Assembly (NCBI RefSeq): GCF_008000775.2
Contig: NZ_CP042905.2
Span: 4,230,001 to 4,262,000, forward strand
Source: Promethearchaeum syntrophicum
Lineage (GTDB): Archaea > Asgardarchaeota > Lokiarchaeia > Sigyniarchaeales > Promethearchaeaceae
Reading direction: 5' to 3'
DNA length: 32,000 bases
Positions within the stretch are counted from its first letter, which is position 1; each line of letters opens with the position of its first letter. This document shows positions 9,172 to 18,811 of the stretch, one piece after another. The notes below the pieces were generated by a model. The model saw only the letters and a list, made by a program, of their open reading frames with translations. It did no database searches and was not told the DNA's origin. The translations under genes were made by a program, and so were the position numbers.

Positions 9172-11040
9172 TTAAAAATTCGCATATTTCGTTAAACTAA
9201 GACGTTCAAGTTTTTCCGGAGATGGCATTCCAGTAATTGGATCCCAATCTTCATATTTATAAAACTCAGAGAAGAGCAATTCTTGGTCTGGAACTTTTCC
9301 TTCTGTTACCCCTTCTATTGGAGTTACTAAAATTTTAGGCAGTTTTTCATCTTTTGGAGAATGTCCCATTTTTAAATTGAACAAACGCTTTAACGATAAG
9401 ACTCTTTCTCCCGTAATCTTGATTCTTTCTACGTCATATGGCATTCCAGTGCCTAATTCGATAAGTTTTGCAAGGTTGCTGGCCGCTGGTTTAGCAAATA
9501 CACACATGTTGATTGAGGAAAAGAAAGCGCGATATTCCATAAGGCGTGCAGAATGTTTTGACATTTCTGAGCTATTTTCTAAAGCAGGGATCGATTGAAT
9601 GTCCATTTCAGAATGGGCTTGACCTAAGCTTGTTTGATACATGTCGCACGAACAATGACTTGCCCCATAATGAGGTGCAATTCCATATGCCATCGACATC
9701 CCAAAAGAAGAACGCGTATCATGGTAGGGTGGCTCAATATGTCGAATCGTAGCAATTTGTTCAGGATCGACATTAAAATGCTTTCCAACCGCATCAGATC
9801 CATCAGCCAATACATCTCCTATTCCTGATCGATTCGCAATTTTATTCAGTAACTGATAGACATTTTCCATATTACCCCATTCCATATTTAATCCATCGAC
9901 ATCTGAAGCAGTGATTGTTTTTCCATTATTATATAAATCCATAATCAAAGAGATCACGGAACTGGATGAAATGGTGTCAATTCCCAAATCATTGCACATA
10001 TAATTCGCTTTTATTATAGATTCCAAATTAGAATTCCCCAACATCGCTCCAAAACCGGCTATAGTTTCATATTCAGGTCCTTCAAATTGTCCTTCCGGAA
10101 CTTCTAAATCATTTTTTCCAAGTTCAATTATACGTCCACAACCAATCGGACATGCAAAGCAGTAGCGTTGTTTCTTCAGATATTTTTCTGCAATTGTAGC
10201 TCCTGATATATTATCTACTTCTTCAAACTTTGAGGTTCTATAATATTTTACTGGTAATTCTCCGGTAAGAGTATACATATTTATACCACCAGAAGTTCCT
10301 AATGCACCAAACATTTGTGCAGTAAAAACAGCTAATTGGGCTGTATTCACTTCTTTTACTAGTGCTTTGAATTCATCTGGGGATGCTAATTCTATTTTAT
10401 TTGAACCTTTAATAACGACCGCTTTTAGCTTTTTTGATCCCATCACGGCTCCAAGCCCTGTACGACCAAAAGCTCTCTCTTCACATCCTATTATTGAATA
10501 TTTGACTAAATTCTCTCCCGCTTGGCCAATAGCCATCACTTTTCCTAACTTAAATTCTTCCGGGGTTTTTAAAATTTTCGTGGTTTCTTCAATGCCTTTA
10601 CCCCATAATTGAGATGCATCTTTAATCTCCGCTTTTCCATCTAGAATTTCCAAATAAACAGGTTGGTCCGATGCACCATGAACCAAGATGCCATCATACC
10701 CAGCTCTTTTCATTTGTACCCCAATTTGTCCCCCAGTATTTGATTCAGCCCAAATGCCTGAAAGAGGTGATTTAGAACAAGCAACAACACGCCCAGTACA
10801 TATTCCTTTTGAACCAAGCAATGGTCCACTCATAAGAAATATAACGTTTTCCGGACCTAATGGATCTGTGTCTTTATTAATTTTAGATATCAAGCTAGCA
10901 CATGCATATCCTGCACCCCCCACAAAGAGTTCGGCAAGATTTTCATCTAATGGCGTAGTTTTGATTGTTTTAGTAGATAAATCAATTTCAAGAATTTTTC
11001 CCGTATATCCTTTCAAATTCGACATAATTTTTTTCTCCAT
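9172..11040 (-). CDS. aor: tungsten-type aldehyde:ferredoxin oxidoreductase
   Basis: N-terminal GYTGKILEIDLS, the [4Fe-4S] motif CFACPIGCGR, and the pterin-type motif CNDLGIDT. 622 aa. An alternative start at ATG 11025 has GGAGA 8 nt upstream. Confidence 0.9.
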   Translation of the reverse strand: MEKKIMSNLKGYTGKILEIDLSTKTIKTTPLDENLAELFVGGAGYACASLISKINKDTDPLGPENVIFLMSGPLLGSKGICTGRVVACSKSPLSGIWAESNTGGQIGVQMKRAGYDGILVHGASDQPVYLEILDGKAEIKDASQLWGKGIEETTKILKTPEEFKLGKVMAIGQAGENLVKYSIIGCEERAFGRTGLGAVMGSKKLKAVVIKGSNKIELASPDEFKALVKEVNTAQLAVFTAQMFGALGTSGGINMYTLTGELPVKYYRTSKFEEVDNISGATIAEKYLKKQRYCFACPIGCGRIIELGKNDLEVPEGQFEGPEYETIAGFGAMLGNSNLESIIKANYMCNDLGIDTISSSSVISLIMDLYNNGKTITASDVDGLNMEWGNMENVYQLLNKIANRSGIGDVLADGSDAVGKHFNVDPEQIATIRHIEPPYHDTRSSFGMSMAYGIAPHYGASHCSCDMYQTSLGQAHSEMDIQSIPALENSSEMSKHSARLMEYRAFFSSINMCVFAKPAASNLAKLIELGTGMPYDVERIKITGERVLSLKRLFNLKMGHSPKDEKLPKILVTPIEGVTEGKVPDQELLFSEFYKYEDWDPITGMPSPEKLERLSLTKYANF

Positions 11041-11071
11041 CTTTTAAATTTGATATTTTTAAAAAAAATCA

Positions 11072-11470
11072 TTATTGGTAAAGTAATAAATTAGCAATCA
11101 TAAGCAGGCTGAATAGATTTCGCCCCCCTTTTTTTAATTCCCATCGAAAATGTCCAAAATCATTCTTCGTTAAGGTCATCTTCATTAAAGAATAATTTCC
11201 TGCAGAATACCACATTAAATCTTCAGGTTTAGCTTGAATTTGAAAATCATAGTCATCAATTTCTTCGTTTTTTAAAGTATAGCCCCCATCTTTTAAAATA
11301 AGAGAAATGTAAAGAAATTCTGTGGGGTATACGTGTAATTTGAAGCTAACTTTAAGATCTTTTTGAAGTTTTTTCTTCCATTTTGGGATCTCTTTTTTTT
11401 CTTCAATCGCACAGCTCACAATCTGTTTGAAGCTGTTAGAAAGATTTTCTATTTCATTTTTTTCCATCAT
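11072..11470 (-). CDS. SCP2-like small lipid-binding-fold protein (tentative)
   Basis: 132 aa, 31 nt upstream of aor in the same orientation. The pattern ...DFQIQAKPEDLMWYSAGNYSLMKMTLTKN... resembles the SCP2 C-terminal half; the match is weak. Confidence 0.45.
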   Translation of the reverse strand: MMEKNEIENLSNSFKQIVSCAIEEKKEIPKWKKKLQKDLKVSFKLHVYPTEFLYISLILKDGGYTLKNEEIDDYDFQIQAKPEDLMWYSAGNYSLMKMTLTKNDFGHFRWELKKGGRNLFSLLMIANLLLYQ

Positions 11471-11602
11471 ATTCTATTTCATTTTCTATTTCTTTTTTTA
11501 TCCAAATAAATCTTATCAAGATAATTTCACTTCCTTACTATGGAAAATGACCTAAAACTTTATTTTATCTCGGAGAAATTTGAATTAGAGGTTTAATTAA
11601 AA

Positions 11603-12793
11603 ATGTGGTTTTTTGATTCACCGAAAATAATTTTCGGAGAAGATGCACTTTCCCATCTTGAACAAATTGAAGGAAAGAAATGCTTTATTGTAACCGATCT
11701 TGGAATAATTAAAGCGAAACTTTTAGATATTCTTACAGCGGTTTTGAAGGAAGCAGGAAAAGAATGGAAGGTATTTGATGAAGTAGAGTCAGATCCTAAA
11801 GAAGACACAATACTGAAGGGTGCAAAAATCTGCCAAGAATATAACCCAGATCTCATAATAGCATTAGGTGGTGGTTCTGCTATCGATGCAGCAAAAGGTA
11901 TCTGGATATTATATGAACGCCCTGAACTTCAAATTGATGATATGCACCCCTTTATCAAGCTTGGATTAGGTACCAAAGCAAAAATGATTGCTATACCCAC
12001 CACTAGTGGAACCGGTGCAGAAACAACTTGGGCAATTGTTATTACTCGAATAAGAGATGGAATCACTACTAAATTAGAACAAGCTAATCGAGAAGCAATT
12101 CCAACAATCGCTATTATAGACCCAATATTTACTAAAGATCTTCCAGCAAAATTAACCGCAGCTACTGCATTTGACGCGTTAGCTCACCTACTCGAAGGTT
12201 TGATTTCTGCTTGGAGAAATGATTTCAGTGATGGAATGTCTCTTAAAGCAATGGATCTGATTCGTACTTATCTTTATCGCGCATATAGCGACGGTCATGA
12301 TATGGAAGCAAGAGAGAAACTCCACAATGCTGCAACAATAGCAGGACTGGCTTTTGGAAATTCTCAAGCAATTATGGGGCATGCAATGGGGCATGTTTTA
12401 GGCGCAAATTTCCATATACATCATGGAATGGCAGTAGGACTCTTCTTACCTTATATTCTACAATATTGCATAAACGATCCAGATAATAATGAAACAAAGC
12501 TGATTCTTTCGAAATTCTCAAAAATGCAAGGAATTGCACTTTGGGCAGATTCTGATGATGTAGCGGTTCAAAAACTAATTCAAGATATAAAAAATATGCA
12601 GGAACAAGTTCATATTTCAAAATCTTTAAAAGAATTAGGGATTAAGAAAGAAGAATTTGAAGAAAAACTGGAATTAATGGGTAATCAATGCTTAGAATCC
12701 GCAAGTACAACGATGAGTCCTCGTTCTGCAACCTCTGATATATTCATGCGAATATTTAGCTATGCCTATGATGGAAAAGATATTGATTTCTAA
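11603..12793 (+). CDS. iron-containing (group III) alcohol dehydrogenase
   Basis: GGGSAIDAAKG and the metal-binding His cluster HAMGHVLGANFHIHHGMAV. 396 aa. Confidence 0.9.
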   Translation: MWFFDSPKIIFGEDALSHLEQIEGKKCFIVTDLGIIKAKLLDILTAVLKEAGKEWKVFDEVESDPKEDTILKGAKICQEYNPDLIIALGGGSAIDAAKGIWILYERPELQIDDMHPFIKLGLGTKAKMIAIPTTSGTGAETTWAIVITRIRDGITTKLEQANREAIPTIAIIDPIFTKDLPAKLTAATAFDALAHLLEGLISAWRNDFSDGMSLKAMDLIRTYLYRAYSDGHDMEAREKLHNAATIAGLAFGNSQAIMGHAMGHVLGANFHIHHGMAVGLFLPYILQYCINDPDNNETKLILSKFSKMQGIALWADSDDVAVQKLIQDIKNMQEQVHISKSLKELGIKKEEFEEKLELMGNQCLESASTTMSPRSATSDIFMRIFSYAYDGKDIDF

Positions 12794-12869
12794 TATTTTT
12801 ACATTAATTTTTTTTTAATAAGTAACGAAGCTTAAAAAAACAAAAACAATTTTAGAATAGTGAAATAAA

Positions 12870-13280
12870 ATGGGATTAAAATTTGGAACACAAGAATGGC
12901 TTGATGAATACAGAAAAGTATTGAATGAAAATAAAGCCTACGAAGATGCTGCAAAGACTTGGGAAGGGGATTTCATATTTATTGTTAAACCAAGTGGAGG
13001 ATTAGATCATGAACTTAGATTTTGGATTGATTTACATCATGGAAAAAGCCCTGGTGGTAAAATGCTTGCCCCAGGCGAGGAAAAAGAAGCAGCTTTCGTT
13101 TTTTCAGGACCATGGACAAATTTTCATAAATTAATTCAGAAGAAACTTGATCCAATTCAAGGTCTTATGCAGGGAAAATTTGCTTTAAAGGGCGATATGG
13201 GCAAAGTAATGAGAGCTGTACGTGCGGCTCAAGAGTTAGTTAACACGATTTTAATGATCGATACAGAAGTCTACGATTGA
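12870..13280 (+). CDS. SCP2 sterol/lipid-binding domain protein
   Basis: 136 aa. WTNFHKLIQKKLDPIQGLMQGKFALKGDMGKVMRAVRAAQEL matches the SCP2 C-terminal pattern. Confidence 0.7.
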   Translation: MGLKFGTQEWLDEYRKVLNENKAYEDAAKTWEGDFIFIVKPSGGLDHELRFWIDLHHGKSPGGKMLAPGEEKEAAFVFSGPWTNFHKLIQKKLDPIQGLMQGKFALKGDMGKVMRAVRAAQELVNTILMIDTEVYD

Positions 13281-13509
13281 ATACCATTTATACATATCAA
13301 ATTCAATTTTTTTCTATTTATTTCTGAGCTTTTATAATTTTCAAATCTTTTCAAAACCAAATTTTGCTGAAATAGATAAGAATAACATTTAAAATAATAA
13401 TTCTCATACTAGTTCTAAGTAGAAATTTAGGGAAAATATTCATACTTTATTGAAATATATAACGAATTTTCTTGTATTTCGATTGAGTTCAAATTAGGGA
13501 ACGTGTAAA

Positions 13510-14565
13510 ATGGTCACATCTCAAAAAATTAGGGTTGGAATTCCCAGAGCATTACTTTACTATAAATTTTTTCCAATGTGGACAACATTTTTTGAAGAAC
13601 TAGGAGCAGAAGTTATTGTTTCGCCCAAAACTACTAAAATTTTGAAAGATGTGGCAGTTAGTATAGCCCCTGATGAAGATTGCTATTCCTCAAAGCTCTA
13701 CTACGGTCATGTGATGGCGCTTAAGGATAAAGTTGATTGTTTTTTCATACCAAGATTCAGTAGTGGAGGTTTCGGGAAAGGACATGAGAAAAATGTAAGC
13801 TGTCCTAAATTTATAGGTTTGGCTGAAGTTCTTCGTTCGGTTTTTCCTGATTTACCGGAAATTATAATGCCATATTTCTCCACTGCAAAAAATAATCATG
13901 GAAAAATGAAATTTCTTAAATATTGTTTTTCTATCGGATCTAAATTCACTAGAAATCCATTCAGAATAAGAACTGCAATAAAAAAAGCATTAAAAGAACA
14001 AAAAGAGCATTATCAGCATATACAAATTAGTGTGGATGAACTTCAGAAGTGGGAACGTTCAGAAATAATATTAAATGAGATTCCAGATGTTGAAGAAGGA
14101 GATGTTCCATTAAAGGTTGCGATTGTAGGTCACTCATATGTACTCAATGATCCTTATCAATCAATAGGTATAATGAAGAAATTAACAAGTCATGGGGTTG
14201 ATTATATTACATCAGAGCAAATGCCACGTCGACTTGTTGAACAACAAATGGACTACCTTGAATCTAACATGTATTTCGAATATGAACGAGAAATAATCGG
14301 GACTGTTATGCATTTTCTGGAGAGTAAAACAATAGATGGGATATTGCATTTAATAATATTCTCATGTGGACCAGATTCTATTGGTGGAGAACTATGTTCT
14401 CGATTTTCTCGACGAAAACCGGAAGTACCATTATTACAATTAGTAATTGATGAGCACACAGGAGAAGCAGGATTAAATACAAGAATTGAAGCATTTATTG
14501 ATATGCTCAGAAGAAGAAAGATTATCAAAGAAAAAAAAATAAGGAGAAAAATTGAATGCCTATAA
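13510..14565 (+). CDS. 2-hydroxyacyl-CoA dehydratase-like subunit (activase-associated, uncharacterised clade)
   Basis: 351 aa. The C-terminal VIDEHTGEAGLNTRIEAFIDML is paralogous to the next gene. The stop overlaps the next start by 10 nt. Confidence 0.65.
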   Translation: MVTSQKIRVGIPRALLYYKFFPMWTTFFEELGAEVIVSPKTTKILKDVAVSIAPDEDCYSSKLYYGHVMALKDKVDCFFIPRFSSGGFGKGHEKNVSCPKFIGLAEVLRSVFPDLPEIIMPYFSTAKNNHGKMKFLKYCFSIGSKFTRNPFRIRTAIKKALKEQKEHYQHIQISVDELQKWERSEIILNEIPDVEEGDVPLKVAIVGHSYVLNDPYQSIGIMKKLTSHGVDYITSEQMPRRLVEQQMDYLESNMYFEYEREIIGTVMHFLESKTIDGILHLIIFSCGPDSIGGELCSRFSRRKPEVPLLQLVIDEHTGEAGLNTRIEAFIDMLRRRKIIKEKKIRRKIECL

Positions 14566-15704
14566 CATTTCCTCACTTCGGATCTTTAACTTATGTTTTT
14601 GAAACACTTTTACGGGAATTAGGTCAAGACGATCTGATTGTCCCAAATAAACCAAGCAAAAGAACAGCAGAATTAGGAACTAGATATTCGCCTGAATTTG
14701 TTTGCACCCCATTTAAAATTACTTTGGGAACGTTTATTGAATCATTAGAAAGAGGAGCCGATGTGTTGGGAATGGGAGGGTGCAATGCGTATTGTCGCTT
14801 TGGCTATTATTGGCCCGTTCAAAAGCTTATCTTGGAAGATTTGGGTTATGATTTTAGATTTATTGCCATAGATTATGAAGATCCAATGGCCATTTTACGC
14901 ACTTTAAAAAATGAAAGCGATGGGTATAGTTATTTACAAACCCTTAGGGCACTTCAAAAAACTTGGGTGAAAAATCGATTTACGGATTTAGTTGATAAAC
15001 TACTGTGTAAATATCGTGCAATAGAAAGTATAAAAGGTACAACGGATCGGGTTGCAGAAAAAGCCTTTAGAACCATTGTGGAAACAAAAGGAATGGTGAA
15101 TATCCGCAAGTTGAAAAAAACAATCCCGAAGATGTTTGAAAAGGAAATTGAAATCGATAAATCGCTGGATCCATTGAAAATTGCAATTATTGGAGAGATT
15201 TATGTTGTCTTCGAACCTGCATTGAATGTTGATGTTCATCGGAGGTTAAATGAGTTAGGAGTGATAGTTGAAACACCAGCCTCCTTAAGGAGATTTATCG
15301 ATATCGGCTATAAATTAAATCCATTCTTAAAATTACACCGTGAAGTTTCAGTGAAAATAGCAGAACCATATTTAGGATATCGGTGTGGGGGAGAAGCCCA
15401 GGAATCAATTGGGGATACAATTTATTATAAACGAAAAGGATGGGACGGAATGGTACATTTGTACCCTTTTACTTGTATGCCTGAGATCATTTCAAGGAGT
15501 ATATTACCGCAAATTAGCAAAGAGTACGATATGCCCGTTCTTTCCCTTGTAGTAGATGAGCAAACAGGGGAAGCGGGATTTCAAACCCGATTAGAAGCTT
15601 TTATTGATTTGCTTTACAGAAAACGAGAAAAAGATAGAGAAGGAAAAATAATTAAGTCTAGTTTGAAACAAAATTTAACCATTCAATCAGTATATGGAGG
15701 ATGA
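14556..15704 (+). CDS. 2-hydroxyacyl-CoA dehydratase-like subunit, paralog
   Basis: 382 aa. C-terminal VVDEQTGEAGFQTRLEAFIDLL. Conserved Cys-containing segments are EFVCTPFK, GGCNAYCRFG and PFTCMPE. An ATGA overlap links it to the activase gene. Confidence 0.65.
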   Translation: MPITFPHFGSLTYVFETLLRELGQDDLIVPNKPSKRTAELGTRYSPEFVCTPFKITLGTFIESLERGADVLGMGGCNAYCRFGYYWPVQKLILEDLGYDFRFIAIDYEDPMAILRTLKNESDGYSYLQTLRALQKTWVKNRFTDLVDKLLCKYRAIESIKGTTDRVAEKAFRTIVETKGMVNIRKLKKTIPKMFEKEIEIDKSLDPLKIAIIGEIYVVFEPALNVDVHRRLNELGVIVETPASLRRFIDIGYKLNPFLKLHREVSVKIAEPYLGYRCGGEAQESIGDTIYYKRKGWDGMVHLYPFTCMPEIISRSILPQISKEYDMPVLSLVVDEQTGEAGFQTRLEAFIDLLYRKREKDREGKIIKSSLKQNLTIQSVYGG

Positions 15705-16738
15705 AGCAAGTGGAATTCAATGGAAAACATTATTATCTGGGTGTTGATGTAGGTTCAATAAGCACTAACTTGGCCGTAATTAATGATGAAAGAGAAGTTA
15801 TAGAATCGGTATATATACGAACAGAAGGTAAACCCATCAAATCTATTCAACGAGGTATGGCAATTCTACGTGAAAAATTAGGAATAGATTTAAAAATTAC
15901 AGGAGCTGGAGCAACAGGAAGTGCACGGAAATTAACGGGGATGATAGTTGGAGCAGATATTGTTAAAAACGAAATCACCGCTCATTCACTGGCTTCATTA
16001 CATGAAAGAGATGATATCCAAACAATAATCGAAATTGGCGGTCAAGATAGTAAAATTATTATAATTCGAAATGGAGTTGCTATAGATTTTGCCATGAATA
16101 CTGTTTGTGCCGCGGGAACTGGATCATTTCTTGATACTCAGGCACGAAGATTGAAAATAAAAATTGAAGATTTTGGCGGAATTGCTTTAAAATCTCACAC
16201 AGCAGTTTCGATTGCAGGGAGATGCACTGTTTTTGCAGAAAGCGATATGATCCATAAACAACAGTTGGGACATCCACTTGAAGATATTCTTAAAGGTCTG
16301 TGTGAATCTATGGTTCGGAATTATCTTAATAATGTTGGAAAAGGAAAAGAAATTCTCCCCCCTATTATGTTTCAGGGAGGGGTTGCTGCAAATATTGGAA
16401 TTCGCGAGGCTTTTAAGAAATATTTAAAACACGATGTTTTCGTGCCTGAACACTATGATGTAATGGGAGCTATTGGTGCAGCGATATTGGCATTGGAAGA
16501 GATAGAAAGGCGACCACGCAAATCTTCATTTTATGGATGGAAAATCCCAGATATGACATTTAAAACAGTTGGTTTTGAATGTTCTGATTGTCCAAATGTT
16601 TGTGAAGTTGTTGAAATTCGAAAAAATGGAGATCTTTTGGCTCGATGGGGTTCAAAATGCGGTAAATGGGACGATTTAGCTATTGTTCACGAAGAAAAAT
16701 CCAGAACATTGGAGAATTTTATTGTGGGTTCAGATTAG
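15701..16738 (+). CDS. BadF/BadG/BcrA/BcrD (HgdC-type) ATPase, dehydratase/reductase activase
   Basis: Actin-fold phosphate-1 motif LGVDVGSISTNLAVI. Cluster-ligand contexts NTVCAAGTGSFLD and GRCTVFAESD. An extra C-terminal Cys module, CSDCPNVCEV...KCGKW. Confidence 0.85.
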   Translation: MKQVEFNGKHYYLGVDVGSISTNLAVINDEREVIESVYIRTEGKPIKSIQRGMAILREKLGIDLKITGAGATGSARKLTGMIVGADIVKNEITAHSLASLHERDDIQTIIEIGGQDSKIIIIRNGVAIDFAMNTVCAAGTGSFLDTQARRLKIKIEDFGGIALKSHTAVSIAGRCTVFAESDMIHKQQLGHPLEDILKGLCESMVRNYLNNVGKGKEILPPIMFQGGVAANIGIREAFKKYLKHDVFVPEHYDVMGAIGAAILALEEIERRPRKSSFYGWKIPDMTFKTVGFECSDCPNVCEVVEIRKNGDLLARWGSKCGKWDDLAIVHEEKSRTLENFIVGSD

Positions 16739-16805
16739 TTATTTTTTTTCTATTTGAAAAAGCATAAAATTTTGTTATATCCATCACTGATTTTATTGAG
16801 AATTA

Positions 16806-17693
16806 ATGACTGCAAACCATCAATTAGATTTAAAATCAGAAATTAAATCAATTCAGAAAAAGTATAAAATCATTGGGCGGGAAAAAGAACTTCTGCTTTT
16901 ACTTATAGCATTGAGAGCAAAAAAACATATTATTCTTGAAGGTAGTGTTGGAACTGGGAAGACCTATTTAGCGCGCGCGCTTTCACACTATTCAAATGCT
17001 AATTTTTATCGCGTAGATGGTTCTGAGGATGTTTTAAGCCATGTTTTAGTTGGTTATTTCGATCCCCCTGCAGTAATAAATAAAGGATATGTGGAAGATT
17101 CATTTATATACGGTCCATTATCCTTAGCCATGCAAAATGGAGGATGTTTATTCATTAATGAATTAAATAGGATCCCTGAAGGCACGCAAAATGTTTTATT
17201 ATCAGCTTTAGACGAACACGAATTAATTATACCTAAATTAAAAACCATATCAGCTAATAAAAAAAATGGTTTTATTACAATTGCAACGCAAAATCCTTCC
17301 GCTCATGTTGGCGTTTCTGCTTTGGGGGAGGCATTAAAAGATAGATTTGTTTGGGTTGAAATTGATTATCAATATGAACATGAAGAAATTGATATTGTAA
17401 AATTAAATTTGGATAATGAATTACCACACAGCAATTTAATCGCAACCATTGCCGTAAAAATAATTGATGCAACTCGGACCCATCCAGATTTCAGAAGAGG
17501 GGCATCAGTTCGAGGAGCAATTGATCTTGCACAATTAGCCCAAGCATATGAAAAACAACCCAGTGCAAGATTTTGGCAAGATTCTGCAATCATGGCACTT
17601 CATTCAAAGGTAGAACTAACTGACGGGACCGATAGAAATATTCGAGAGATTTTAATTGAAATTGTAAATGAAATTTTTGAAAATTTTCAATAA
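16806..17693 (+). CDS. MoxR-family AAA+ ATPase
   Basis: Walker A GSVGTGKT, a Walker B/sensor region LFINELNRIPEGTQNVLLSALDEHE, and ATQNP. 295 aa. Confidence 0.85.
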   Translation: MTANHQLDLKSEIKSIQKKYKIIGREKELLLLLIALRAKKHIILEGSVGTGKTYLARALSHYSNANFYRVDGSEDVLSHVLVGYFDPPAVINKGYVEDSFIYGPLSLAMQNGGCLFINELNRIPEGTQNVLLSALDEHELIIPKLKTISANKKNGFITIATQNPSAHVGVSALGEALKDRFVWVEIDYQYEHEEIDIVKLNLDNELPHSNLIATIAVKIIDATRTHPDFRRGASVRGAIDLAQLAQAYEKQPSARFWQDSAIMALHSKVELTDGTDRNIREILIEIVNEIFENFQ

Positions 17694-17743
17694 CGGCTGA
17701 GAACACCGAAAGTTTAGAACCCGATGAAGCCAAGAGTGAAAGA

Positions 17744-18811
17744 TTGAGATTTTCAAATCTCACAGCAACCGATCTTCTAAAATATGAGATTTTACAAAAG
17801 AGAGTCAATAAGAGAAAATATTCTAAATTAGCGAAGGATATTGGATTTAATGAAATTAAAAGTATGACGGGTTTGTCGATCAGAGAAGGAAATATTGAAG
17901 CCTTAATGGGAATGGCTCAATCAAATATATATGCGGTAACTGCAGAGCTCCAGAAATCAGAATACAATCAATTTTTCTCCCAAAAATTTAAAAACAGACA
18001 AGATTCTTTCATTCCTTTTTTGTATTTCATGGTTAGACCACATGCACCTCGATCTTTTAAAATTATGCTCCAAAAACTAACCCGATCAATAATTCTGAGA
18101 CACTCACTTAATATTTCCGGAAGAGGCTCTTATGGAAAAGCCCGTCATCGTATAAAATTTTATCCAGGAATCCAAGAATTTGATTTAGATCAGACCTTGT
18201 TTAATTATCTCCAAAATGGAAACAAAATTCTCAGATTTTCTGATATTATTGGTATAGAAAGAAGGCAAAGGAAACGAAGTGTTGTTCTAATACTTGATAC
18301 TTCAGGTTCCATGTTTGGAAAGTTACTTCTAAATGCTGCTTTAACGACCTCAGTTCTAACCTACGCCTTATCTAAAGATTTCACTTCAATTATACTATTT
18401 AATTCTAAATCCTTGGTTCTCAAAGAAATAAAAACACAGAATAATACAACTCGCTTAATCGACCAGATATTGGAAACGGAAGCAGTCGGGTTTACAAATA
18501 TATCATCGGGGTTAAAAAAAGGTCTAAAAGAGTTAAATAAAATAGAAAGTGTTAGAAAAAAAGTGGGGATTCTTATAACTGATGGTGACTTCAATCGGGG
18601 AAAGGACCCGGCAATGATTGCCACTAAATTTCCCAAACTTCACGTAATCAATATCCCTCCCGAATCTCAAAAAATAACATCGAAAAAGACTCAGTCTCGG
18701 GGTCAGCTTGTTTGTCAAAAAATCGCCCGAGCTGGTCGAGGCTATTATATTCCAGTAAAAAATTTCTCAGATATTCCACGAACTCTGATGAAATTGATTT
18801 CAAAGATCTAA
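17744..18811 (+). CDS. von Willebrand factor A (VWA) domain protein
   Basis: MIDAS motif VVLILDTSGSM, plus later GFTNISSGL and ILITDGDFN. The start is uncertain: TTG 17744 in the track, and the next in-frame ATG is 17864. Confidence 0.8.
   Translation: MRFSNLTATDLLKYEILQKRVNKRKYSKLAKDIGFNEIKSMTGLSIREGNIEALMGMAQSNIYAVTAELQKSEYNQFFSQKFKNRQDSFIPFLYFMVRPHAPRSFKIMLQKLTRSIILRHSLNISGRGSYGKARHRIKFYPGIQEFDLDQTLFNYLQNGNKILRFSDIIGIERRQRKRSVVLILDTSGSMFGKLLLNAALTTSVLTYALSKDFTSIILFNSKSLVLKEIKTQNNTTRLIDQILETEAVGFTNISSGLKKGLKELNKIESVRKKVGILITDGDFNRGKDPAMIATKFPKLHVINIPPESQKITSKKTQSRGQLVCQKIARAGRGYYIPVKNFSDIPRTLMKLISKI

Noticed and set aside
9377-11047. Six short ORFs on both strands inside the AOR gene (9377, 9546, 9624, 9634, 10367, 10688)
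   Set aside because: They are nested within or antisense to a 622-aa ORF with clear AOR motifs, and their composition is typical of shadow ORFs.
11593-12620. Minus-strand ORFs 11593..11856, 12188..12394 and 12372..12620
   Set aside because: They are antisense to the Fe-ADH gene, which has clear signatures.
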